Source: Camelus ferus (lineage: Eukaryota). Taken from it: a stretch of DNA of 64,000 bases. A program made the position numbers and the translations under genes. Below the pieces are notes generated by a model. It saw only the letters and a program-made list of their open reading frames with translations, did no database searches and had not been told where the DNA came from. The stretch is from assembly GCF_009834535.1 (NCBI RefSeq), contig NC_045716.1, positions 25,668,001 to 25,732,000 of the forward strand, in the 5' to 3' direction. Each line of letters starts with the position of its first letter. Position 1 is the stretch's first letter. Below are positions 1-28,127 of this stretch, one piece after another.

Positions 1-199
1 TTTTAGGAATCACAAGGTCTCAAGTTAGGAACACCCTTTAGAAATCATGTATTCATTCATTCATTTATTCATTCCCCCAATATTTTTGAGCATCTACTAT
101 ATGCCAGACACAATGGAGGTCATAGTGAATTCTCTGCTCTAAACATGCATCCTTCGTCTGATACATCATATTTAGTAAACTGTTATCCAGATAACAGGG

Positions 200-450
200 T
201 GTGAATCCCAGTTCTGTCACTTTCTAGCTACACAATCTTCAGCAATTTATTTAATAACTCTAGAACTGTTTCTTCATTTGTAAAATGGGAGTAATAATAA
301 TAATAAAACTATCTAATTCATTCAACAAACATTTACTGAGTTCTTACTATGTGCCAGGAACTGTTTCAAGTGCTAGGGATGTAGCAGTGAGCAAAAGGAC
401 AAAAAACTGCTGCACCCATGGAGTTTAAATGATGCTTACATTCTAGTGGA
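200..450. mobile_element. MIR plus L2 3' remnants, representative of many others (e.g. about 8910-9120, 11050-11230, 12420-12830, 15820-16390, 17110-17350, 21050-21260, 60380-60660)
   Basis: MIR core-like (ttcttcatttgtaaaatggg) and L2 tail (attcattcaacaaacatttactgag...tatgtgccagg) motifs. Confidence 0.65.
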
Positions 451-609
451 GTTATCAGTACACAAATATTTCAAGCCATGAGACTGGGTGAGATCCCTGA
501 AGGAGTGGATGTGAACAAAGAAGAGATTCAAGGACTGAGGTTTGCTTAGAGTTTGCTATATTTGTAATAAATAAGATAAGGAGTTAACACTCATTATAGT
601 AGAACTCAT

Positions 610-1500
610 GAAAATCCAAATTTAAAGAAATCACCCCAAAAGAATAAATGTGCAAAGAACATGAATAGGCAATTAACAGAGAATGGCCAATGAAACCACT
701 CTTTACCTATCAAACTGACAAATATTTAAAATATAATCAGGCTGGCATGAGTTTTTGTTTTGTTTTTTGGTTTTTTGGTTTTCTTTCATTTTTCAGTTTT
801 ATTACGTAGAATTGTTACAGTTTGACTGCACATATACAATATATTGCATGTAAATACATATACATAATATACTGTACATATTTTTAAAATTTACATATAT
901 GTACTGTTCATCGTTTCTAAGAACGTTTAGAGCTTTAGCTCGGCATGAGTTTTTTTTTTTTTTAGATGGACACTGTCATACCTCACTGGAAGGACTCTAA
1001 ACCCAATCTTTCAGGGGAGCAATATGACCGCTTGAAGCTCCAGCCTTTTAAATGTTCATATCCTTAATCCAGTAATCCTACTTTGAAAACCTATTCTAAA
1101 GAAATCAGTTATATAGTCAGAGATATAAGTAAAAGCATGTTCATCAAAGAGCTATCCGTGGTAGCTCAAATTTTAAAATAACCTAAATAGTCCAACAAAA
1201 TATGAATGGTTAAAAAAAATCAAATATCCATTTTAGACTATTATGTAGACATAAAAATGATTTCAAATAATACTTAAAGGCAGAAAAATGTTTACAATAT
1301 AATATAAAGTGAGTGGAGCGTGACATAAAACTGTATTTGTTGTATGGCTCTATTTGTGTAATACGTACACACACACATACATACATGCAGAAAATGAATT
1401 GGGAGGACACATATTAAACAATAATTATTATCACGTAATTGTCATGAAATAGGTATTTTATACCTTTATAGATTTCCAAATTTTCTAGAATACATGTATA
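610..1500 (+). mobile_element. Ancient L1 (L1M-type) 3' fragment
   Basis: A-rich decayed sequence with L1 3'-region hallmarks (aacatgaataggcaatt; atccagtaatcctact; atgttcatc...aacctaaat); boundaries approximate. Confidence 0.5.
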
Positions 1501-1856
1501 TTACTTCTATAATCAGAAAACAAAAGGGATGGTTTTCTTTATCAAGAATGTTACCACTAGGATAGCTCTCTCTCTTTTACAATGGAAACGTAGAATGCAT
1601 TTTCTTGAGCCATAGATTTCTTGCTTTATTTGTTGGATATTGATTGAAGGACAAATATCCAACAATGGCATGACCTGCAAAGTGAGATAGGGAGTTCTCT
1701 TACTGAAGAAGTTTAAATTGAAGCTAGGATAACAATTTACTAAATATATTTTATGAGAGGAAGGATGCATGTCTATAGTAGAGGCTTCGCTATGATCCCC
1801 ATCGTCTAGCATTGTGTCTGGCATACAGTAGATGCTCAATAAATATTTGCCAAAAG

Positions 1857-1878
1857 AAGGAAGGAAGGAAGGAAGGAA
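1857..1878 (+). repeat. (AAGG)5 microsatellite
   Basis: Read directly. Confidence 0.9.
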
Positions 1879-2439
1879 TACATGATTTCTAAGGGCTGTT
1901 CCAAACTTGAGATCCTCTGATTCCTGAAGCCTCCCCTCACCATCCCAGTCCTCTTAGCTTTCTCCCTTCTCTGGACTGTGGGAACAATTATATTACGAAC
2001 CACTAATTTAAGAGATCATAATTAGATGCTGTATTGCATTTTATTTTGTCTTTTATTGATTGTTCCCCAATTACATTAGGAGTTTAAATTCTTACTCCCC
2101 AATCAATTCCATTCAATTAACCTTTATTGGACACTATTATTAAGTACTAGAACCTGCCCTACAAAACTTTATAAGAATAGAAACATTAAAGGTGGAGCGG
2201 GCACTAAGGGTTCTAATAGAAGTAGGCGTAAAAAGCTATCGACAGACTGGGGAACAATTAATTCTGCAAAAAAAAAAAGGTGGTTCAGGAAAGCTACAGG
2301 TAGGAGGTAATATTTCATCAGAGTCTTGATATATAACCGGAGCTTGTCAGCCTTTTAGGGGAATAATATTTATAGATTCAGGGGAAGCTGATGCCATAAC
2401 AAAGAGTCAGAGGTACCAGAGTGATTCTTTCACTTTCTC

Positions 2440-2900
2440 CTTTAATATAACACCCCTATGCGCGGAAGAAAACTACGGTTCTCCAGTATACAAACAACAC
2501 AGCAATGGGAGACCAGAGGAAAAGCGTAGGGAACTAGAAAGAGGCTGATCCAACAGGCTGCCGAAAAGCGTTGTCTGTGCACCCAGCAGCTTGGCCCTGG
2601 TGAACTAGCTCGGGAAGTGTGGGACGGAACCAGATCAGAGCCACCAGGTCGGAGCCTTACCTGCTGCCCCTCCCCCACGCGGAGCACACGCCGCAGCCAA
2701 CTTGAAATTCGCTGTCTTCCTCAAGCTGGTGGCGTTCTAGGTCCGCCTCCCAGAGCTCCCCATTGGTGAGTTCTCCCAGCCAATCTAGGAGAAGCCAAGG
2801 AGGGAGGTCCGCCCACTTGAAGCCGGGGAGGGGAAGGAGCAACCGAGGGAATTAGCCGAAACTCAGGCTTGAGAAGCCGGGCGAGGAGAGAGATGGGGTT
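2440..2900. promoter_or_regulatory. CpG island / bidirectional promoter (POLR3GL - ANKRD34A)
   Basis: High CpG density, CCGCCC box near 2810 and CCAAT at about 2780, lying between divergently oriented genes. Confidence 0.6.
2661..2800 (-). other. POLR3GL: Putative non-coding first exon of POLR3GL (RNA Pol III subunit G-like); intron 1 runs off the left end of the window
   Basis: CpG-rich segment with a strong minus-strand donor CAG|GTAAGG (intron begins at 2660), GC boxes near 2810, and the conserved head-to-head position with ANKRD34A. No POLR3GL coding sequence is in the window, so the identity rests on synteny. The 5' limit is approximate. Confidence 0.55.
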
Positions 2901-4737
2901 GCAGAATCAACCGGGGGTCAGTCTTTTCAGACCTCATCTCAGATGGAGGACCCCGCTGGCTAGCAAGAGTTCACAGAGGGAACTTGACACTCAGACTTCA
3001 CCAGGGGACTCTGTCGAGAGAGCTTCTGCAGAGAAATGAACCCCCATGAAACCTGCTCCTTAGGGGTCAGTCTTTGTGTGAGTCTGTCTTCACAGCCTGG
3101 CCTCTCCTCTATTACTCCAACATTACTCCAATCTTCCCCTCAATCCTACATCACTGCTTCTCTCCAACACTACCAATGAATACTTATTTAAAAAAAAAAA
3201 AAAAGTCCTGTGGGTTGCTGCCATGTCTGTGAGAAGATGGAAAGAAAGTTTGGGGAAGGAAGGATTAGGAGTCAGAAAACCAGAGCTGGGGAGGCAGGGC
3301 TGGAGCCCAGTGTTTCCTCCATTTTCCACTGCCTTCCAGTTCCTCCTAGCCTTTGGTAAAAGAGGGCATAGTGGGAGGAGGAGTCCCACTTTCACAAAAA
3401 GCAGAAACAGAGGGAAAGCATTCAGAGTAGAAACAGATCTAGGAGTTAATCAAGAGGAATAACCCACATGTCAGGGAAAATGGCCCTGGGAGTGAAGCCT
3501 CTGGATTGGGATGGTTGTAAGTAGAGTGGCAAGCACCCAGTCATTGGAATAGGACAGAAACAGGGCTGTGAGGCCTCGGAGAACTTGCTTAACTTTACTC
3601 TCAGTCTCTTCATCTATAAGATAATTCCTACCTTATAGCATTGTTGTGAGAATTGGATGTAATGTATGTAAGTACTTGGCACATAGTTGGTGTCCAATAA
3701 ATGGTAGCTAGTGAAAAATGGGTAGCTTCCCTGCCAATACGTCTCTCTCTCCCTTCTCCGGGAACGTTGTTTTTAGTATCTTGTGTCTGGTGGCCTCCAG
3801 CCTCTAAAGTACCTCAAGTGAGTTTTCCACATCCTTAGGATTTTTTTCTGCACCCTCTACTTCCCCTGATGCTTTCCAGCTGGACACAAACTCTTTCCTA
3901 AAATATGCAGATGGAAGCTATGGTAACCATGGAGACAGGGCAGGTGGTGAGGAGAGTCAGAGACAGACAGAGAAACCGACTGCTACAGACAGGGAGAAAG
4001 ACTTTAAGGAGCAATTCGAACCGAGGCCTTCAAGCAAAATGGAAAAATAATGAATCCAGGCAACACTGAGAGTTAAGAGATGCAGTGAGAGAGGATGTGT
4101 TAAAAGGTTCACTCTTCTCTACTCCTTTTCCATCTCTCTTCCCACCCCTCCTCCAAGAATATGGGGAGGCGGCATCCGGGAATGCCCTTTGCTGTATCTA
4201 AAAATGACCCCAGATATCCAGCCTCCTCATACTTATCTAAGAGGTCTGCACAAGGGAGCTGAGGTCCAAGTTTATCTGTGCTGCATGCTTCGTTTTGGGG
4301 AAGGTAGAATGAAGATGTGTCGCTGTGTCTGACTCCAGCTCCCGCTGACATTTAAACTACGAGAAGGCAGCCGGATCGCTTGCTTCTCTCTGCACAGTAA
4401 GGACCACGGCTATGGATCCCCATTGCCTCTCTCCACCTCTCTGCACTGGGTGCCATGTGCCGTGTGTGGCAGGTCAGTTCTGGCGCACAGGCGCGCTTCA
4501 ACACACCATGCTCGGAGAATGAGGATCTGCAGATTGCAGATGCTCAATGAATAATTGGGATGGTCCCAGTCCGGGTCGCTGAGGAGTCTCCTAAGGAACA
4601 TTTAGGTTTGTTGTGGCTGAGGGGAGGTCGGCTAAACCAGGGAAGTCAGGATTGGAGCCTCTAGCTTTTGAGGGTTTATGTGTGCATGGGTGGGGTAACG
4701 GTTTGGTGCCCGACGCCCCCAACCGCAGAGACTAGGC

Positions 4738-4745
4738 TATAAATA
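4738..4745 (+). promoter_or_regulatory. TATA box (TATAAATA) of a proximal ANKRD34A promoter
   Basis: TATAAATA at the start of a CpG island. It is followed by an exon ending at donor CAG|GTATCT (4991/4992) and an acceptor TTTTTTGCAG|G (5539/5540) leading into the coding exon. Confidence 0.6.
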
Positions 4746-5654
4746 GCGAGGCAGAGCTCCGCCCCCCCCCCCCCCCCCAGCCAGCTTCTCTCCTCCCGAG
4801 CCGGCGCTGTGCCCGGGGCGCACCGGGAGGAGGGACCAGGATTCTGTGCCTAGGCGCTGATACTGACACCAAGGGAATCCGGGTGCCCCCCCTCACGCCA
4901 TGTGGGCCCCCAGGAACCGGGCTCCGCCACCCCAGCTGTCCAGTGGCCCTGGCCTCAGTCCTGGCCCGGCGGAGATTCTGCGGACAGACAGGTATCTATT
5001 TGGGTGTACAGTCTGGGAGGGGAAAGAGCAAGGAGTGATGCGGAACGTAGCCGGGGCAAAAGAATCCCCCAATTATCCCCCACCCGTTTTAGGTCCCAAA
5101 TGCAAGCTGCCTCCCTCCCCCCATTCAAATTATGGGGCTGTGGCAACCTAAAAGAGGTTAGGAATGGGAATATGTGTGTGAATGTATGGGTGCATGTGTG
5201 TGGGTGGGTGGCGTTCAGCATCCTAGAAAGGGGGATTCCAAGTGCGGATAAGAAAAGGGGGATGCTGGAAAGGTCTGATAAGCCGTGGGGTGAGGGTGGG
5301 GGTGCGGATATTCCTGCGCGTGCACGTACGCATTTGCACGCGCGCTCATCCTTCAATGCGGGTGCACCCTTCCCACCTCCTCAGGCATGCGCTGGGGGGA
5401 TGGGGGCGGCTCAAAGGCATGAGTTAGAAGGACTGTGTGCCGTGCCGTGAAGCTCTCCCCCGCCCCACGCGGGTCCTTCTACCTGTGCCTCAGTTTCCCT
5501 GCCTAAATCAGTCAATAAGATCTTTCTCTTTTTTTGCAGGGACTGGCTTCGCCACTGAGCCCTCAGACCTCTGCCAGCCACCACCCCCACACCCCTAGCC
5601 ACCCTCGGCAGGTCCTAGTCCCGGCTCCATCGGTGCTTCCGCCCAGCGGCAGCT

Positions 5655-7146
5655 ATGCTGCACACCGAGGGCCACGCTCTTCTTCGGGCCGTGGGTCAGG
5701 GTAAGCTACGCTTGGCCCGTTTGCTTCTGGAGGGGGGCGCCTACGTGAATGAGGGTGATGCCCAAGGGGAGACTGCGCTAATGGCGGCCTGTCGGGCCCG
5801 CTACGACGACCCCCAGAACAAGGCGCGCATGGTACGCTACCTCCTGGAAGCAAGGCGCGGACCCCAACATCGCAGATCGCCTAGGACGCACGGCCCTCAT
5901 GCACGCTTGCGCGGGCGGTGGGGGCGCCGCCGTGGCCTCTCTGCTTCTTGCCCATGGCGCAGACCCCTCAGTCCGAGATCACGCGGGCGCCTCGGCGCTT
6001 GTCCACGCCCTGGACCGCGGGGATCGCGAGACCCTTGCCACGCTGCTGGACGCCTGTAAGGCCAAAGGCACGGAGGTCATCATCATCACCACCGACACCT
6101 CGCCCTCGGGCACCAAGAAGACCCGGCAGTATCTCAATTCCCCACCGTCCCCGGGGGTAGAGGACCCAGCTCCCGCTCCTCCTAGCCCAGGGGTCTGCAC
6201 GTCGCCTTCGGAAATCCAGCTGCAGACTGCAGGAGGAGGAGGACGGGGGTTGCTATCCCCTCGCGCCCAGGAAGAAGAGGAGAAGCGGGACGTATTTGAA
6301 TTCCCTCTTCCTAAACCCCCCGATGACCCCTCCCCTTCTGAGCCACTCCCCAAACCACCCCGTCATCCTCCAAAACCACTCAAAAGGCTCAACTCCGAGC
6401 CCTGGGGCCTAGTTGCGCCTCCTCAACCAGTCCCACCCGCCGAAGGGAGGCCGGGGATCGAGCGCCTGACCGCCGAATTCAACGGCCTGACCCTGACAGG
6501 TCGACCGCGTCTTTCCAGACGTCACAGCACTGAAGGCCCAGAGGACCCGCCCCCGTGGGCGGAGAAAGTGACCGGTGGGGGTCCTCTCTCGCGCCGAAAC
6601 ACCGCGCCAGAAGCTCAGGAGTCTGGCCCTCCTTCCGGGCTGAGACAGAAACTGAGCCGCATGGAGCCGGTGGAGCTCGATACCCCCGGAAATCTTTGCC
6701 CCGACTCGCCGGAGTGCAGCCGCTTGTCCCTGGAGCGCCGCCGATACAGCGCCTCCCCGCTGAGCCTCCCTCCAGCTGGCTCGGCTCCCTCCCCGCGCCA
6801 GTCCCAAGAGAGTCTGCCTGGGGCTGTGTCTCCACTCAGCGGGCGGAGGCGGAGTCCAGGGCTGCTGGAGCGGAGGGGCTCGGGGACGTTGCTCCTGGAC
6901 CACATCGCGCAAACGCGGCCTGGTTTCCTGCCCCCGCTCAATGTCAGCCCCCACCCTCCCATCCCCGACATTCGCCCCCAACCCGGAGGTCGGGCGCCTT
7001 CGCTGCCCGCCCCTCCCCAGGCGGGGGCGCCAGGCTCTCCCAGGACCAAGCGCAAGTTGGTGAGGCGCCACTCCATGCAGACTGAGCAGATCCGCCTGCT
7101 AGGGGGCTTCCAGAGTCTAGGCGGGCCTGGGGAGCCCGGCCGCTGA
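5655..7146 (+). CDS. ANKRD34A: Ankyrin repeat domain 34A, single coding exon, interrupted by one extra base at about 5848 (CTG GAA GCA instead of CTG GAG CAA)
   Basis: ORF 5655 (MLHTEGHALLRAVGQGKLRLARLLLEGGAYVNEGD...) and ORF 5899-7146 (MHACAGGGGAAVASLLLAHGADPS...GGPGEPGR*) join into one 496-aa protein with the ankyrin motif LLEQGADPNIADRLGRTALMHAC if one A is removed. Confidence 0.95.
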
Positions 7147-7963
7147 GAGGAGTGAGAGGAGCCAAGAAGGGTGGGGATCAGGACCTCGATGGGACAGGTG
7201 GGACAACCAGCTCACACACACACCACGGACATAGGGGTCTCTTGCATGTGCTCATGGGCACGGTGCACACACACATGGGTAAACATGTGTCCACAAGCAC
7301 AGTACCCATATTTGCAGGGAAGGGTAAGTACTCAATTTATTGGGCATAGGGACATGCATTCATGCCCTGGTCACTTCACATGCATGTGGGAATTACTTGT
7401 GTACCCACAGGCACGACACACACAGGGCCACTTGTGCTAGGGCCCCAAAAGGGTCCCAAACTCACTTGCATTTGTTCAAAAGCAGTAGTGAGCCCCTATT
7501 TATGGGGTAGTCTAAAATCTCTTTACCCTCCTGCAATAGCAATCCCTTGCTTTCCATGTATGCCCTGCAACACAGCCCGCTCATGATTTTGGACACTCCA
7601 CCCTCTTCGTGAATCTCCACCCCATCTGCAGGTCTTGCTTCTCTCTCCAGGACTGGCTTCTTGTTCACACCCTGCTTCCAGCCCTAAACACTTTTCAGGA
7701 TATCTTCTTTACTCTCCTTAGGGGTTTCCTGCAGCAATCCTAAGCCTCAGTTCTGCTGCTGCCCTTCCTGCTTTCAGCTTTACTTCTCAACTTCCTGCTT
7801 TTTCTTCCCACCCTGTTGCCCCAACCAATACAACAGGTTGTCTCATTTTCCCAGGGGGTGGGTCATGGGCTCTAAGCTGCTCTTCTGTCAGAGCTTATGA
7901 ACACCCCCACAGGTAGAAGTGGGGAGTAACCCTAAATCACTTCTCTCTCCACTTGACATATCA

Positions 7964-7969
7964 AATAAA
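7964..7969 (+). terminator. Probable polyadenylation signal of ANKRD34A
   Basis: AATAAA about 820 nt after the stop, followed by GT/T-rich sequence. Confidence 0.6.
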
Positions 7970-9299
7970 TGTGTTCAGAAGTCTCTGTTTTGTCACTTCT
8001 GCCGGGAGTGGGGGGTGTGGGGAATGAGGAATAGGGAGGGAGGGTGATGCTAACTGCAGCTGTAAGTATCTAGAGGATACGTCAAGATTCTAGCCACATT
8101 CTTTCCAGACCAACTGTGGTTGTAGAAGAAAAGGTACGTGTCCTGTGTCCTGAAGGTTTTAAGGCATTTGATAGGTTTTCATTTCTCTCCTATGTCCATC
8201 CTCAAATGCTTTACTTAAGATTCCTACAAAGAATCCCTCCCACCATCAGCAGATATATCCCAGTAGGTTAACTGTCCCTCTTTCAAGCTTCCTATTTCTT
8301 TTTTAATGTGTGTCTGTGTGTATATACATATATTTAAGTATAGTCAGTTTATAATGTGTCAATTTCTGGTATACAGCATAATGCTTCAGTCATACACGAA
8401 GACACATACATTCAAGCTTCTTATTTCTTAACCACTCAGTCTTTCCTTGGGGGTTTAACTGTCACCTTACCAGGTGTATTTTATCCATTTTCTTCCACTT
8501 CTGCCTTCTGTTTCCCCATCTTTGATTTCTGAGCCACTGTAGGATGGAGAGAGAGAAAGAGAGAAATCTGGAGACAGAGAGAGAGAGACAAAGGGAGAGA
8601 GAATTAGTTATTATGACCTCACCTAGGTAAAAATGGTATGATTGTCAACTGACAAAGGCTGTGTAATGTGTGTGTGTGTAATTGTGTAGAAGTAATTGGA
8701 GGAACCCAGCCTGACAGGTTTAATGAACAAAAGTACCTGTCTTAATCTTCCCTGTGGACCTTTCAGCTTGCTGGTTTTCTTCCTATATTCTAACTTCCTT
8801 ACTCTAATGAGAGGTAGGGGAGCAACCCATTCTACTCTTTCTTACTCTCTCAAGTTTAAAATATATGAAATCAGAAAATTACCCAATGATGTGGTGTAAT
8901 GAAAAAAATAAAACTGTTGGGAATCAGAAGATTTATGTCTGAATCCCCTTTACCATCTTCTGACTATTTAATTTTGGGCAATTTTTCTAGCCTCTCAGTC
9001 AGCTTCCTTATCTGTAAAATAAGAAAATCTAGTTAGTGATTGTGATTATTAAATTAAACTGCACTACAGTATATTGTTTAGTGTCTGATATATAGTAAGT
9101 ATACGCTCATTAAATGTCAGTATCTTTCCTCCCTTTAGCTCCACCACCGATTGCATGTGATCTTGGACAAGTCACATCACTTCTCTGAACCATTTTCCTC
9201 ATCTATATTTATGTAATGCAATGGTCGGGGACAAAGGCTCTCTGAGAATCCTCTCATCCGGTCTACAGTTCCCCTCAGCCTTGCACGTAGGCCTATCTT

Positions 9300-26180
<16,881 letters not shown>

Positions 26181-28121
26181 NNNNNNNNNNNNNNNNNNNN
26201 NNNNCTCCCCAGGCCCTTTTTTATATGTCCTTTCTAAAACTTAGTGTGATTCCTGTACATACTTTCTCAACTTTATACTTTAAAATACAGAATATATATG
26301 TGTATGTATGTATAAATTCTACACTTGGATTCCTATTTGCTAAGAGATCATTTTTCTTACTTCTAGTTTTGGGATGTAGTTGCATTTGAAACATCTCCGT
26401 GTCGCTTGACAAACAGAGCAGGCTGTCTTTGGAGCTTTGTTGGCTCTTACACTCCCAGTAACTCTGTAGTCATTTTAACAGCGCAAAATGATTGACTGTG
26501 TTCATGTTTCCTTCTTTTCAAATAACAGGGAGCTTGAATAAGGACTGTGTGCCCCACCCTAACCCTCATTCTTCCTTTCTCTTGGACCCAATGGGGCATG
26601 AAAATGAAGACTTTGGCTTTGGCTTATCTTAAGCTGGGCCTATGTGGTACCAAGCTGTTCCTCCAGTAACCAGATATTTCATAGCCTACACCACCCTCTC
26701 CCCCCTCCCCCCACCACCTTACTCCTCCTCTGCCTCCAGATGGTACTTCATTTTGAGGCTTTCCTTACTTTATTATTTAGAAGGAAGTGAAGATCTGGTT
26801 TCTTATTTTTAAAATTATTGCTGAGAAACTGCCCAGGAATAAGAGAAGACTTATAAATACAACCTGTAGGGGTTTATCATGTAACGCTGCTTCTGGGGCA
26901 CAGGTACCACACCAGCAGTCCAGGTCTCCAGATGTGCTCTGCTGAAGGGGTCAGGATTGAAGCCGCTTATCTTCAGTTTTCCCTTTTCATTCCTCCTCCC
27001 CTCCTTACCTTAGTCAAACCCTGTCTTTAGACATTCCTGCCTGCAAAGATTGGTAGAAGGTAAAACATGTTTCCCTCCTCTCTCTCCTCTCATCATTTTG
27101 CCCTTTGGAAACAGTATCTGTCCAATTTGGTGAGGGCCATGTCCCTCCTATTCCCACGAAGTTGCTGCTGTTTACTACCTTGGATGTACATACCTTAGAT
27201 TCATGTTTTCTCTCTTTTCTTTCCTCTTCCTTTCCTTTGATTATTAGAGCATGAGCTGATCAGGAAAATTAGATGAGACTTTGGCATTATGGCACTTCCT
27301 TATTGGAACCTTGAGAGACTACAGGAAAGGAAAGAGAATCAATGATCAGCTGCTTGTGTTTTTAATACTGTTCTCTTCCCCCACCTCTTTCCTAGGGGAA
27401 ATAGGACAGAAATGATCTGGAGTACAGCGAAAGCATTTCCCTTTGGGAAGTTTTTTTGTGGGTCTCTCTAAAATATATTTCCCCCTTTTTTCTGTAATCT
27501 CCTTTATGCTGTGTTATAGTTCAATGCACTTTCTAAACTGAGTTTGAGAAACTCAATGCTCCTGCAGTTGTACTTCCCATTTAACAATTATGCACTTTGC
27601 TTTTAGAGATAGGTTAGGAAACATGCTACAATTTGCTGTTTTGGATCAGATAGGGAAAAGATGAAAGTTAGCTTTCTTACTTTTGAAATCATCTTGGTGA
27701 CCAGTACTTGTGGGATCAGAGGTAAGGAATCTAGCAGCAATTGTATTAGTGCTTGAAAGAGATGTCCTTGAATTCTCCAAGCCCCATCTCTGTATTCCAT
27801 GAAGCAAATGTAGGGTTTGAGCAGAGGCTCCTACATTAAATAAGACGTGTGTCTATTCAGTCTTTATGGATACTTATAATCCAGAAATCATAAACCCTCT
27901 TTTCTCCTGTGCTCTTTTCTCTGGGAAGTGTTAAGGCATGTGAGTTGTGGGAAGAATTTGTCCTTGCACCCCCTGGATTATTTTTCTCAAATATCTACCA
28001 GTAAGAGCCCAAAGAACTTGAGAAAAATTGTTCCCGTATCTGTCCACTTCTGGTGTTAAAGTTTTACTTACCTTTTTAGTACTTTCTTTGTATTTTATAT
28101 GTACAATTTAATACAATTAAA

Positions 28122-28127
28122 AATAAA
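28122..28127 (+). terminator. Probable LIX1L polyadenylation signal (about 1.9-kb 3' UTR)
   Basis: AATAAA at the end of a U-rich, largely repeat-free region, after which ancient repeat-like sequence resumes. Confidence 0.55.

Noticed and set aside
1513-1839. 108-aa minus-strand ORF
   Set aside because: Lies across L2/L1 remnants and the inverted-repeat arm; no coding signature
5213-5235. REST/RE1-like TTCAGCATCCTAGAAAG near ANKRD34A
   Set aside because: Only the left half-site matches; too many mismatches to TTCAGCACCACGGACAG
4902-5450. 182-aa ORF upstream of ANKRD34A
   Set aside because: Runs through the 5'-UTR intron (4992-5539), does not appear to begin with a true ATG and has low-complexity composition
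5979-7165. Several long antisense or alternative-frame ORFs (124-220 aa) overlapping ANKRD34A
   Set aside because: Expected shadow ORFs of a very GC-rich coding exon; no recognisable domains or independent promoter and splice signals
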